Assembly (NCBI GenBank): GCA_030830865.1
Contig: JAURME010000001.1
Span: 14,750 to 78,749, forward strand
Origin: Candidatus Nanopelagicales bacterium
GTDB taxonomy: Bacteria > Actinomycetota > Actinomycetes > S36-B12
Reading direction: 5' to 3'
Length of the DNA stretch: 64,000 nucleotides
Shown: one piece after another, positions 50,533 to 61,854 of the stretch
How the letters are laid out: each line of letters begins with the position of its first letter
Numbering within the stretch: position 1 is the stretch's first letter
Notes under the pieces: model-generated
What the model was told of the DNA's origin: nothing
Seen by the model: the letters and a program-made list of their open reading frames with translations, nothing else
Databases searched by the model: none
Made by a program: the position numbers and the translations under genes

Positions 50533-51150
50533 ATGACCGGGTACTTCGTCGTCTTCGAGGGCGGGGAGGGTGCGGGCAAGTCCACGCAGGAGGCCCTGCT
50601 CGCCGACGCGCTGCGCGTCCGAGGGCTCACGGTCGTCCAGACCCGTGAGCCGGGAGGGACCCCGGCGGGCGAGGCCATCCGGCGCGTCGTCCTGAGCCCG
50701 GAGTTCGCCGGCCTGGACGTCCGCGCCGAGGCCCTGCTGTTCGCGGCTGCGCGCGGGGAGCACGCCGACAAGGTGATCCGGCCCGCACTCGACCGCGGCG
50801 ACGTCGTCATCTGCGACCGCTATCTGGACTCTTCCGTCGCCTACCAAGGGTTCGCGCGCGGCCTGGGCCCCAAGCGAATCCGCGACCTCAGCCTGTGGGC
50901 CACACAGGAGCTCGTTCCCGACCTGACCATCGTGCTGGACATCGACCCGGTCGAGGGCTTGGGCCGGTTCGAGGAGCGTGATCGGCTCGAGGCGGAGCCG
51001 ATGGAGTACCACCGGCAGGTGCGTGCTGCCTTCCTCGCGCTGGCAGAGGAGGATCCGCATCGCTACCTCGTGCTCCATGCGCACGAGGACCGGGAGGAGA
51101 TCGCCGAGGCCATCCTCGAGCGGGTGCTTCAGGGGATCGACGGCTCATGA
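50533..51150 (+). CDS. tmk: dTMP kinase
   Basis: P-loop FEGGEGAGKST, DRY motif, LID region. Confidence 0.9.
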   Translation: MTGYFVVFEGGEGAGKSTQEALLADALRVRGLTVVQTREPGGTPAGEAIRRVVLSPEFAGLDVRAEALLFAAARGEHADKVIRPALDRGDVVICDRYLDSSVAYQGFARGLGPKRIRDLSLWATQELVPDLTIVLDIDPVEGLGRFEERDRLEAEPMEYHRQVRAAFLALAEEDPHRYLVLHAHEDREEIAEAILERVLQGIDGS

Positions 51151-52340
51151 CACCGGCGATCTGGGACCGGCTGGTGGGACAGGACGTCGTCGTCCACGAC
51201 CTGACGAAAGCCGTCGCGGACTCCGAGCTGATCCGTCGGGGTGAACCCGGTCCGGGCATGACGCACGCGTGGCTGATCACCGGACCTCCCGGATCGGGAC
51301 GTTCGACGGCTGCGACCTGCTTCGCAGCGGCGCTCGTCTGCCCGGAGGACGGCTGCGGTGTCTGCGAGGCCTGCCGTACCGCGCCGCTCGGAGCGCACCC
51401 CGACGTCGACGTGGTCACCACGGAGACGCGCACCTACGGGGTCGACGACGCCCGCGACCTCATCCGGCGTTCGTCCATGGCGCCGATCACCGGCCCGTGG
51501 CACGTCATCGTCGTCGAGGATGCCGACCGCATGACCCCCGAGGCGGTCAACGCCCTGCTCAAGGCACTCGAGGAGCCACCCCCGCACACGGTGTGGATCC
51601 TGTGCGCCCCGAGTGTCGAGGATGTCCTGCCGACGATCGTGTCGCGCACACGGCACCTGCCGCTGCGCACGCCGTCTACTCCCGATGTCGCCGACCTTCT
51701 CGTCGAGGCCTACGGCGTGGACCGCGCCATGGCCTCCTTCGCAGCCCGTGCGTCGCAGGGTCACATCGGTCGGGCTCGCGCGCTCGCGCGGGACGAGCAT
51801 GCGCGACTGCGCCGTCAGGAGGTTCTGCGCACTCCCTTCAGTCTGGGGGACGTCGCGTCGTGCTTCACGGCAGCGTCGAACCTGCTGGCCGCGGCCACCG
51901 AGGACGCCCGCGCCATCACCGACCCGCTCGACGAGGCCGAGGAGCACAACCTGAAGTCCGAGTACGGCGACGGCGCCAGTGGCATCACGCAGGCGCGGCT
52001 GTCGCGGCTGATGAAGTCGGCGACGAAGGACATGGCCAAGCGGCAGAAGAGCCGCCGCACGCGAGCGGTCGTCGATCAGGTCGACCGGGCTCTCGTGGAC
52101 CTGCTCGGGCTCTACCGGGATGTCCTGGTCCTGCAGATGGACGGTGATGTCGAGCTCATCAACGAGGAGATGCGCCCGCAGCTCGCGCAGTTGGCCGGCA
52201 GGAGCACGACGAACGACACCGGCCGTCGCCTCGCGGCCATCGCGCACTGCCGCGACCAGATCGGTGCGAGCGTGACGCCCCAGCTGGCGCTGGAGTCCCT
52301 GATGGTGGAGCTCAAGGACCCCTGGATCCGGGTGGCCTGA
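51147..52340 (+). CDS. holB: DNA polymerase III delta-prime subunit
   Basis: HAWLITGPPGSGRS, VVEDADRM, SRTRHL. 4-bp overlap with tmk. Confidence 0.85.
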   Translation: MTPAIWDRLVGQDVVVHDLTKAVADSELIRRGEPGPGMTHAWLITGPPGSGRSTAATCFAAALVCPEDGCGVCEACRTAPLGAHPDVDVVTTETRTYGVDDARDLIRRSSMAPITGPWHVIVVEDADRMTPEAVNALLKALEEPPPHTVWILCAPSVEDVLPTIVSRTRHLPLRTPSTPDVADLLVEAYGVDRAMASFAARASQGHIGRARALARDEHARLRRQEVLRTPFSLGDVASCFTAASNLLAAATEDARAITDPLDEAEEHNLKSEYGDGASGITQARLSRLMKSATKDMAKRQKSRRTRAVVDQVDRALVDLLGLYRDVLVLQMDGDVELINEEMRPQLAQLAGRSTTNDTGRRLAAIAHCRDQIGASVTPQLALESLMVELKDPWIRVA

Positions 52341-52401
52341 CGGTTTCCCCCGCCGGCTTGCGCGTCGGGCGGGCGGTGACCAGTCACGGCAGTGGTGGGG
52401 G

Positions 52402-53247
52402 TCAGAGGTCTCCGGCCCGCCGGAGGCCGTGCGCGTAGGCGAGCATCGCGTCCACGGCCGGCGCCAGCACATCGGAGGTGCGACGGCCTAGGTCGGGGGC
52501 GGCAAGCAACTGCGCCGCGGCCGCGAGCAGGGCGTCATAGGTCTCGCACCCCTCGGCAAGGCGATCCCGGACGACGGCAGCAGACGCGGATGCGGTTCTC
52601 GCCGCGCTGGTTCCGGGCAGTTCCCGCTGCAGGTCGTCCAGCACGGAAAGGCGCTCGCACAAGGCTGTGAGTGGGCCCGCGGCCTCGAGGTCGGCCCGGC
52701 GGAGCTCGTCGCCGGCTCCCGGATGCAGACGGTCCAGGGACGGTGCCAGCGTCATCACCTGCACGCGCAGTGCTGAGAAGCGCGTGACCTCGGCGGCCCC
52801 GACGGCTCCCCGGTGCAGTCGAGGCGGCGGTCCCACGAGCGCGAGCGGCTCCGGCGGCGGGCCCATGCGCCGCAGGCGACGCCGTCCGCGCAGGGAGACC
52901 ACCAGGCCGAGGCCCGCGGCGAGGAACCACAGGGGTGCCGGGCCGGGGATGCCGCTGCCGGATGCCGTGGCCACGGCATCGATGACGCCGAGCGATCCGG
53001 CAACTCCCGTGACCACCGCGCCGCCGATCTCCTGAGAACGAAGCGACGAGCGTCGGGCGGTGTGGGTGCGCTGCTCCCGCTCCTGATCCGCCAGGGCCCT
53101 GCGGTGCTGACTCGCGAGTGCTCGACCCGACCTGTGCGAGCCCCGTCCGGTCACGAACAGGAACGAGTCCACGAGATCGAGACCCTGCTCGACTCGCTGC
53201 TCCACGAGAGCGGCGATCTCAGCGGGATCACGTCGGGACGGCGGCAC
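52402..53247 (-). CDS. hypothetical membrane protein
   Basis: 281-aa ORF with two central hydrophobic helices (GGAVVTGVAGSLGVIDAVA, LWFLAAGLGLVVSL). No family recognised. Confidence 0.45.
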   Translation of the reverse strand: MPPSRRDPAEIAALVEQRVEQGLDLVDSFLFVTGRGSHRSGRALASQHRRALADQEREQRTHTARRSSLRSQEIGGAVVTGVAGSLGVIDAVATASGSGIPGPAPLWFLAAGLGLVVSLRGRRRLRRMGPPPEPLALVGPPPRLHRGAVGAAEVTRFSALRVQVMTLAPSLDRLHPGAGDELRRADLEAAGPLTALCERLSVLDDLQRELPGTSAARTASASAAVVRDRLAEGCETYDALLAAAAQLLAAPDLGRRTSDVLAPAVDAMLAYAHGLRRAGDL

Positions 53248-53265
53248 CGTATTACGGTACGACGT

Positions 53266-54777
53266 ATGAGGCGTCGGCGTCCGGTCGCGGCCCTGCTCGC
53301 GCCATTGGCGCTCGCGGGTTGCTCCCTGGCCGCGGCCCCGGAGCCCGTCCCACCCTCACGCCCGGCGACCCCGACGACCAGCGTCCCCGCGGCCCTCGAT
53401 CGGTTCTACGACCAGCAGGTCCGGTGGGTCAACTGCGGCCCCGCCGACTGCGGGACCATCACCGCGCCCCTGGACTACGACCGACCCGAGGACGGGACCA
53501 TCGACCTCGCGATCACGCGGGTCGCGGCCACCGGTGAGCGGCTCGGGACGTTGTTCGTCAACCCGGGAGGTCCCGGAGCAAGCGCCGTGGACTACGCCAA
53601 GCTCGCCGATGCGGTCGTCGGCGACCCGATCCGCGAGCACTACGACGTCGTGGGTCTGGATCCCCGAGGAGTGGGGCGCAGTTCCCCGGTGGAGTGCCTG
53701 ACGGACTCCGAGCTCGACGAGCTCGCGGCGGCCGCCGCGACCCCGGAAACCGCCGACGAGGAGCAGCGGATCATCGAGGTGTCCCGGCTGCCCGGCGAGG
53801 GCTGCACACGCGCGGCGGCGGACACGCTGCCGCATCTGGGCACGGTCGATTCCGCCCGGGACCTCGACATCGCCCGGTCCGTGGTCGGGGATGACCTCTT
53901 CAACTACGTCGGTAGCTCCTACGGAAGCCTGCTGGGAGCGACGTATGCCGAACTGTTCCCCGACAGGGTCGGGCGCATGGTCCTCGATGGTGCTCTGCCG
54001 GCCTCGCTTGACCAGGTGGAGGTCACCCGTGGGCAGGCGGTGGGGTTCGAGCTGGCTCTCCGCGATTTCGTCGAGGACTGTCTGGAACAGGACGACTGCC
54101 CGCTGGAGGGGACCGTCGAGGAAGGACAGCAGCAGGTGCGGGACTGGCTGGCATCCCTCGACCGCGACCCGATTCCCAGCGGTGACCGGGAACTCAACGA
54201 GCCATTGGCGGCCTTCGCGATCCTCACCAACCTCTACGCGCCAGAGTACGACTTCCCGCGCCTGCGCACCGCACTCACCGATGCGATGGACGAGCGGGAC
54301 GCGTCGATGCTGCTTTCCATGCTGGACGAGCGCATCAGTCGCGGGCCCGACGGCCGCTACACAGACAACTCGACCGAGGCGTTCTACGCGGTGACCTGCC
54401 TGGATCGGCCCTACCTCGGGTCCGTCGAGGAGGTGCGCGTGCTCGCGCGCGACTGGGTCGATGAGGCCCCGACGTTCGGCCCGTCTCTTGCCTGGGGGCT
54501 GCTCGTCTGCCAGGACTGGCCGGCCACCGGCGAGCTGATCACGGAGACCCGGGCCGAGGGCTCGAATCCGATCCTGGTGGTGTCGACCACCCACGATCCG
54601 GCGACTCCGCACGCCTGGGGTGGACTGCTCGCCGATGAGCTCGCGAACGCCCGGCTGCTGACGTTCGACGGGCTGGGGCACACCGCCTACCAGCGCGGAT
54701 CCGGCTGCATCGATGGATTCGTGGACGGCTATCTCCTCACCGGGAACCTGCCCCCGGAGGACACCGTCTGCACCTGA
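53266..54777 (+). CDS. secreted lipoprotein alpha/beta hydrolase (tripeptidyl-aminopeptidase / Hip1-like family)
   Basis: Lipobox LALAGCS, oxyanion FVNPGGPGAS, nucleophile elbow GSSYGS. ORF trimmed to ATG 53266. Confidence 0.8.
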   Translation: MRRRRPVAALLAPLALAGCSLAAAPEPVPPSRPATPTTSVPAALDRFYDQQVRWVNCGPADCGTITAPLDYDRPEDGTIDLAITRVAATGERLGTLFVNPGGPGASAVDYAKLADAVVGDPIREHYDVVGLDPRGVGRSSPVECLTDSELDELAAAAATPETADEEQRIIEVSRLPGEGCTRAAADTLPHLGTVDSARDLDIARSVVGDDLFNYVGSSYGSLLGATYAELFPDRVGRMVLDGALPASLDQVEVTRGQAVGFELALRDFVEDCLEQDDCPLEGTVEEGQQQVRDWLASLDRDPIPSGDRELNEPLAAFAILTNLYAPEYDFPRLRTALTDAMDERDASMLLSMLDERISRGPDGRYTDNSTEAFYAVTCLDRPYLGSVEEVRVLARDWVDEAPTFGPSLAWGLLVCQDWPATGELITETRAEGSNPILVVSTTHDPATPHAWGGLLADELANARLLTFDGLGHTAYQRGSGCIDGFVDGYLLTGNLPPEDTVCT

Positions 54778-54832
54778 TCCGGAGCACCTGACCCGTTCGG
54801 GGCCGCACGGGTTGGTAGTACCGGTTGCCCGG

Positions 54833-54901
54833 TGGCATGCCATGCGGTAAGCCTTATCTATCATGGGCGCTGGCCCAGAATCTCTCACGTGCTGACGTGA
54901 G
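54833..54901 (+). promoter_or_regulatory. candidate katG promoter/operator region
   Basis: Perfect 10-bp palindrome TGGCATGCCA (54833..54842), TATCAT (54859..54864), inverted repeat CTCACGT-GCTG-ACGTGAG (54884..54901), then AGGAGG and the ATG. Confidence 0.4.
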
Positions 54902-54910
54902 CCCTGATAG

Positions 54911-57103
<2,193 letters not shown>

Positions 57104-57127
57104 TCAGCAGGACACTTCTCCTCCAGC

Positions 57128-57165
57128 ACGTGGGGCGCCGGGCCACTGGGCCCGGCGCCCCACGT
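57128..57165 (+). terminator. 17-bp perfect hairpin after katG
   Basis: ACGTGGGGCGCCGGGCC-ACTG-GGCCCGGCGCCCCACGT. No T-run follows. Confidence 0.65.
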
Positions 57166-57266
57166 CGTGTCGGGCACCGGAACGAGCGCGATGGGGTGAC
57201 TGATCAAGGACCCCGGTAGGGTTCATCGGCGCTGGCTCTCGTCAGCCCTCACCTGACAGGAGCCCC

Positions 57267-58769
57267 ATGGCCTCGGCCGCTGCATCGCCCCAGACCTCCG
57301 GCCTCGACCCGAACCGCTGGCGCGCTCTCGCGGTCATTGCGATCGCCCAGCTCATGGTCGTTCTCGATGCCTCGATCGTGAACATCGCTCTGCCATCGAT
57401 CCAGATCGATCTCGGCATGACTGATGCCAACCGGCAGTGGGTCCTCACCGCGTACACGCTCGCGTTCGGCGGACTGCTGCTGCTGGGCGGTCGGGTCGCC
57501 GACTTCCAGGGCCGCAAGAAGATGTTCATCGTCGGGCTCATCGGCTTCGCGGCGGCGTCCTTCCTCGGAGGCGTCTCGACGACTGAGGGAATGCTCATCG
57601 GCGCCCGCGCCCTGCAGGGTCTCTTCGCCGCCCTGCTGGCACCCGCCGCTCTGTCCCTCATCTCAGTGACGTTCACCGAGTCCAAGGAGCGCGCACGCGC
57701 GTTCGGTGTCTTCGGTGCGATCTCCGGCGGTGGCGCCGCCATCGGCCTGATCGCCGGCGGCATCCTGACCGAGTACCTGTCCTGGCACTGGACACTGCTG
57801 GTGAACGTTCCGATCGCTGTCATCGCGGTGCTTCTCGCCGTGCCGTTCGTACGTGAATCCCGCGCGCATGGCAACACCACGTACGACATCCCGGGTGCGA
57901 TCACGGCCACGCTCGGCCTGGTGTCCCTCGTCTATGGCATCACACGCGCGGGGTCCGAGGGCTGGAACGGCACCCAGACGATCGCGTTCATGGGAGTCGG
58001 CGTGCTGCTCCTCATCGGCTTCCTGGTGATCGAATCGCGCTCGTCGCACCCGCTGCTGCCGGTGCGCATCCTCGCCAATCGCAATCGTGGCGGCGCCTAT
58101 CTCGCGAGCTTCTTCGTGGGTGTGGGCCTGTTCGCCATGTTCCTGTTCCTCACGTACTTCTTCCAGGGCGTCATGGGCTACACCCCGCTCACCTCGGGTC
58201 TGCTGTTCCTGCCGTTCTCGGTCGGCATCGTCATCAGCGCCGGGATCGCAAGCCAACTGCTGCCTCGCTTCGGTCCACGCTGGATCACGGCATCCGGCTT
58301 CGTCTTCGCCATCGTCGGGATGCTGCTCCTCACGCGCATGACGCCCGAGACGGCATACGTCTCGGGCATCCTGCCGTCGCTCATCATCCTGAGTCTGGGA
58401 ATGGGCCTGATCTTCGTGCCGCTGTCAGCTGTCTCGCTGTTCGCCATCGGCGACCACGATGCCGGTGTCGCCTCGGCAGTCCTGAACACCAGTCAGCAGA
58501 TCGGCGGGTCGATCGGTCTCGCCTTCCTGAACACGGTCGCGGCATCGGCCACGACGGCCTTTATCGCCGCCAACGCCGCGACCGGCCTGGTGCCGGGCCC
58601 CGATGGTCAGCCGGTGCCGTCGCCGGAGGCCCTCGTCGCGGGCTTCGTCAGCGGGTTCGCCTGGGGAGCCGGAATCCTCGTGGTCGCCGGCCTCATCTGG
58701 GTCGTCCTGGTGAACATGAGCAAGCGGGACATGGCCGCCAACGACTCTCCCGTGGCGCACGTCGGCTAG
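57267..58769 (+). CDS. MFS transporter, DHA2 (14-TM, EmrB/QacA) family
   Basis: LDASIVNIALPSI, GGRVADFQGRKK motif A. About 14 hydrophobic helices. Confidence 0.85.
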   Translation: MASAAASPQTSGLDPNRWRALAVIAIAQLMVVLDASIVNIALPSIQIDLGMTDANRQWVLTAYTLAFGGLLLLGGRVADFQGRKKMFIVGLIGFAAASFLGGVSTTEGMLIGARALQGLFAALLAPAALSLISVTFTESKERARAFGVFGAISGGGAAIGLIAGGILTEYLSWHWTLLVNVPIAVIAVLLAVPFVRESRAHGNTTYDIPGAITATLGLVSLVYGITRAGSEGWNGTQTIAFMGVGVLLLIGFLVIESRSSHPLLPVRILANRNRGGAYLASFFVGVGLFAMFLFLTYFFQGVMGYTPLTSGLLFLPFSVGIVISAGIASQLLPRFGPRWITASGFVFAIVGMLLLTRMTPETAYVSGILPSLIILSLGMGLIFVPLSAVSLFAIGDHDAGVASAVLNTSQQIGGSIGLAFLNTVAASATTAFIAANAATGLVPGPDGQPVPSPEALVAGFVSGFAWGAGILVVAGLIWVVLVNMSKRDMAANDSPVAHVG

Positions 58770-58999
58770 TCCCGCGCAACTGGTTCACAGCATCCGGGAC
58801 GCCGGCACCGCCGCCGCGGACAACGGCACACAGCAGGAATGGCAGCCCTGAGGGAGTGACCGACTGCCGGCTGCCCTGCCTGGGCAGGTGTCTGTCTTGG
58901 TCATGCCCATACCCGCCCCAGCCGATGCGGTGTCCCCGCTGGTACCTAGTAGCATGTACAGGCTCTCTACGAAGGCCGTGAGGAACCGCGTGGAGGCAG

Positions 59000-59074
59000 G
59001 CCGCCTTAGCTCAGTGGTAGAGCAACGCACTCGTAATGCGTAGGTCCGGGGTTCAAATCCCCGAGGCGGCTCCA
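59000..59074 (+). tRNA. tRNA-Thr (anticodon CGT)
   Basis: Acceptor GCCGCCT/AGGCGGC, anticodon stem ACGCA/TGCGT with loop CTCGTAA, T-loop GGTTCAAATCC, encoded CCA. Confidence 0.9.
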
Positions 59075-59186
59075 ACGAAAAGTGCCCCTGACCACCGGAA
59101 ATGCTGATCGGGGGCATTCGTGGTTCTGGAGCCGTCTAACTTCTGCGCTAACCAGCGGGCTACTGGCTGCCCTCGATGAGACGTGC

Positions 59187-59369
59187 TTAGGTCTCAGCCG
59201 CCTCCACGCGCTGCCTAGGCGTAACGTGCGCGTAGATGCTGGCCGTCACCGTGGCATCGGCGTGGCCCAGACGCTCAGCGACCACGTGGAGCTGTTCGCC
59301 GGCGGCAAACTCTGGAACCTGTCCCCTCCCCAAGTACCAGCAACGGGCAGCTAGTCGACTCCAGTACAT
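59187..59369 (-). pseudogene. tyrosine recombinase/integrase, C-terminal remnant
   Basis: ...AAGEQLHVVAERLGHADATVTASIYAHV matches the LGH...Y catalytic-Tyr end of phage integrases. The upstream catalytic region is missing. Confidence 0.65.
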
Positions 59370-59718
59370 GTTTCAACGGGCGCCGGGGCTGCTGCCTGTC
59401 TGGGCATCCTTGCGAAGCCGCCACAACCCCTGCACAGGGTCACCCTGGTTGACGTCGTCCTCCTCGTCGAACCGGACCATCGTCTTGCTCATGCGTTCCA
59501 CGATGGGGCTGTAGCCCGGCGGCGGGTGCATTCTTGACGCCGCCGACCCGCCTGTGCGGTCTGCGGCAACCGCTGGTGGACGACGCTGACGCACGCCCCG
59601 GACATGCGTGTCCCGCGGGGGTCCAATTCCGCGATAAATGTGCGACAAACGTGCGACGTGCTTGCTACATTTCCGCCACACGCTCACACCTGTTGAGTCC
59701 TTCCGCCCGGGAGCAGGC

Positions 59719-61119
59719 ATGCGCATGACTCGACTGATCGCCGTTCTCACGTGCACCGTTCTGGTGGGAGCCGGGGCGCTGGTCGGGGCTCCCAGTGCGA
59801 GCGCGGCATCAGCAGGAACCGTGACGGTGTCCTACGCCAGCTTCGTTTACACCGTGTCACCAACCGCCCTCACGGGTTCCGCCGGTGACACGTTCACGTT
59901 GGCGAACACCCTCACCTCTGGCAACAACAGCGCCAGTTACTTCGTGGCGTTGGAGAACGGCACCGGCAGCGTCACCATGGGTGGCCAGTCCTGCACTGAC
60001 CGCACTTCGTACTGCCAGGTGCTCGACCTTTTTGCCGGAACTGCGTCCGGGACTGCCACCATCACCGGCACCGGAACGGTCGCCGTGTGGCGCAACTACA
60101 ACGGCTCGTACACCCAACTCGGCACTCTCACCATCGGATCCGGCGGCGGGTCGTCCAGTGGCGCGAGCGATTCCGCGGTGTATCCGACGGTGACGTTCGA
60201 TCCGCTGGGCGGCACGTGCACTGTGCCGTTGACGATCACCAACAAGAACGGCAGCAACTCGACCTACCTGATGCCGAATGAGGACCAGTGTTCGAGGCAG
60301 GGTTACAGATTGGTGGCCTGGGGTGACACTGAGCCTGATGCTGACGGCAATCCTCCCGCAGGGGCGTCGACGTACAACATGAAGTTCCGCGCGAACCTCA
60401 CGGATTCGGTGACCCTGTACGCATACTGGGCTCTGGACCAGGACAAGGTCGCGGTCCGCTACGACGCCAACGTCGGCACCGACACCGAATGCCTGGCCGG
60501 CGACGTCAACCAGACCACCCGCCCGCAGCAAACCGCGCTGGCTCTCGTCGACGTCGGATCCGCCTCGGCGACCAGCGCGCCTTGCACACCACCGGGCCAC
60601 AAACTCGCCGGCTGGGCCACCGCCGGTAATGGCACGCAAATCGTCACCGCGGGCGGGAACCTGCCCAGCGATCTTTCTGGCCAGACGGTGACGCTGTTCG
60701 CCATGTGGGCCGTCGACCGCTGCGTCGCTCCCGCCGCTCCCGGAGTTGACTGGCATGACTGTGACAAGCGCGGCGCAATCCTGTGGGGGGCGAAGCTGTC
60801 CGGCGCGAACCTGTCCGGTGCGAACCTGTCCGGCGCGAACCTGTACCACGCGAACCTGTCCGGCGCGAACCTGTCCGGCGCGAACCTGTCCAGCGCGACT
60901 ATGCCCTATACGTACCTATTACTTGCGAACCTGTCCGGTGCGAACCTGTCCTACGCGGACCTGTTCTTCGCGACCCTGCAAGGCGCGAACCTGTCCGGCG
61001 CGAACCTGTCCTACGCGGAACTGTCCGTCGCGAACCTGTCCGGCGCGAACCTGTCCGGCGCGAACCTGACCGGCGCAAAACTGGCCGGCGCGACTATGCC
61101 CAACGGGCCAATCGGATAG
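59719..61119 (+). CDS. secreted protein: N-terminal domain, two InlB-B-type repeats, about 20 pentapeptide repeats
   Basis: Signal peptide [37 protein letters not shown]...GYRLVAWGD...VTLYAYW and VRYDANVG...GHKLAGWAT...VTLFAMW. Then [15 protein letters not shown]... Confidence 0.75.
   Translation: MRMTRLIAVLTCTVLVGAGALVGAPSASAASAGTVTVSYASFVYTVSPTALTGSAGDTFTLANTLTSGNNSASYFVALENGTGSVTMGGQSCTDRTSYCQVLDLFAGTASGTATITGTGTVAVWRNYNGSYTQLGTLTIGSGGGSSSGASDSAVYPTVTFDPLGGTCTVPLTITNKNGSNSTYLMPNEDQCSRQGYRLVAWGDTEPDADGNPPAGASTYNMKFRANLTDSVTLYAYWALDQDKVAVRYDANVGTDTECLAGDVNQTTRPQQTALALVDVGSASATSAPCTPPGHKLAGWATAGNGTQIVTAGGNLPSDLSGQTVTLFAMWAVDRCVAPAAPGVDWHDCDKRGAILWGAKLSGANLSGANLSGANLYHANLSGANLSGANLSSATMPYTYLLLANLSGANLSYADLFFATLQGANLSGANLSYAELSVANLSGANLSGANLTGAKLAGATMPNGPIG
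60796..61095 (+). repeat. 15-bp tandem DNA repeat array (CTGTCCGGCGCGAAC) inside the pentapeptide gene
   Basis: Many identical or one-mismatch units, interrupted at 60898..60926 by an AT-richer segment encoding [10 protein letters not shown]. Confidence 0.9.
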
Positions 61120-61690
61120 GTAGCAAACCTGACCACCGGCGGGGCTTCCAGAATCCCCCACATACAAGCGTGTGATCCTGTCCCACCACAGGAACCTGCC
61201 CCAAGGCAACATCCTCATCGACGACCGCACCGCGAACGCCGTGGCCACGGAACGCGGACCTGACGGGCGCGGACCTGTCCGGCGCGACTATGCCCGACGG
61301 GTCGATCAGATAGGCCGCACACCTGACCAATGACGAAGGCTTCCACCACCACCCGCAGACAATCGCGTGACCCTGTCCCGCGAACTCCTTGCCAACATCG
61401 GAATGGCATGTGAGGTGATGGACATGGTGTCCCGCCCGTTGTGGAGCATGGTGTGGACGCTCGCCGCGGACCGCCCGATCTCCAGGCCGGCCACACACCG
61501 GCCACACCTTGAAGCACCGTGATGAAGGACACCCGTCGCGGTTGCCGGACTGCCAGCCAGGACTACACGCAGCCACACACGATCTAGACGCGTCGGTACG
61601 CGGCGAGACTGACACGGCCAGATCCTTTGCTGGCGAGCCGGCCTTCAGCCAACAATTCCGCTAACAAGCACCATGCACCTTCTTCCTCAA

Positions 61691-61735
61691 ACTCGTAATG
61701 CGTAGGTCCGGGGTTCAAATCCCCGAGGCGGCTCC
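61691..61735 (+). repeat. attR-like partial copy of tRNA-Thr (3' 45 nt)
   Basis: ACTCGTAATGCGTAGGTCCGGGGTTCAAATCCCCGAGGCGGCTCC is identical to 59029..59073 and is followed by a GC-rich hairpin (GTCGCCCCTCCG...CGGAGGCGGCGAC). Confidence 0.9.
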
Positions 61736-61854
61736 GAAGGAGTCGCCCCTCCGGAGTCGGAGGCGGCGACGGGTCCCAGAGGCGACGTCCCGGAATGGCC
61801 TCGGGGACGGGGCCGCGAGGCCCTCTTGTCTTTCGCTCGGTCTACTGTGTTGAC

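Larger units (their letters stand above)
59029..61735. mobile_element. decayed integrative islet in tRNA-Thr, bounded by 45-bp direct repeats
   Basis: Positions 59029..59073 (3' half of the tRNA) are repeated exactly at 61691..61735. An integrase C-terminal remnant lies next to the tRNA. Confidence 0.75.

Noticed and set aside
58785-59117. ORFs 58785..59117 and 61687..61929, which share the peptide EPPRGFEPRTYALRV
   Set aside because: The shared peptide is simply the antisense translation of tRNA-Thr and its 45-bp copy. It is not a duplicated protein gene.
60796-61095. Regular short repeats that could be mistaken for a CRISPR array
   Set aside because: The 15-bp units are contiguous with no spacers. 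They are in frame within a long ORF and encode canonical A(N/D)LSG pentapeptides. No cas genes are nearby.
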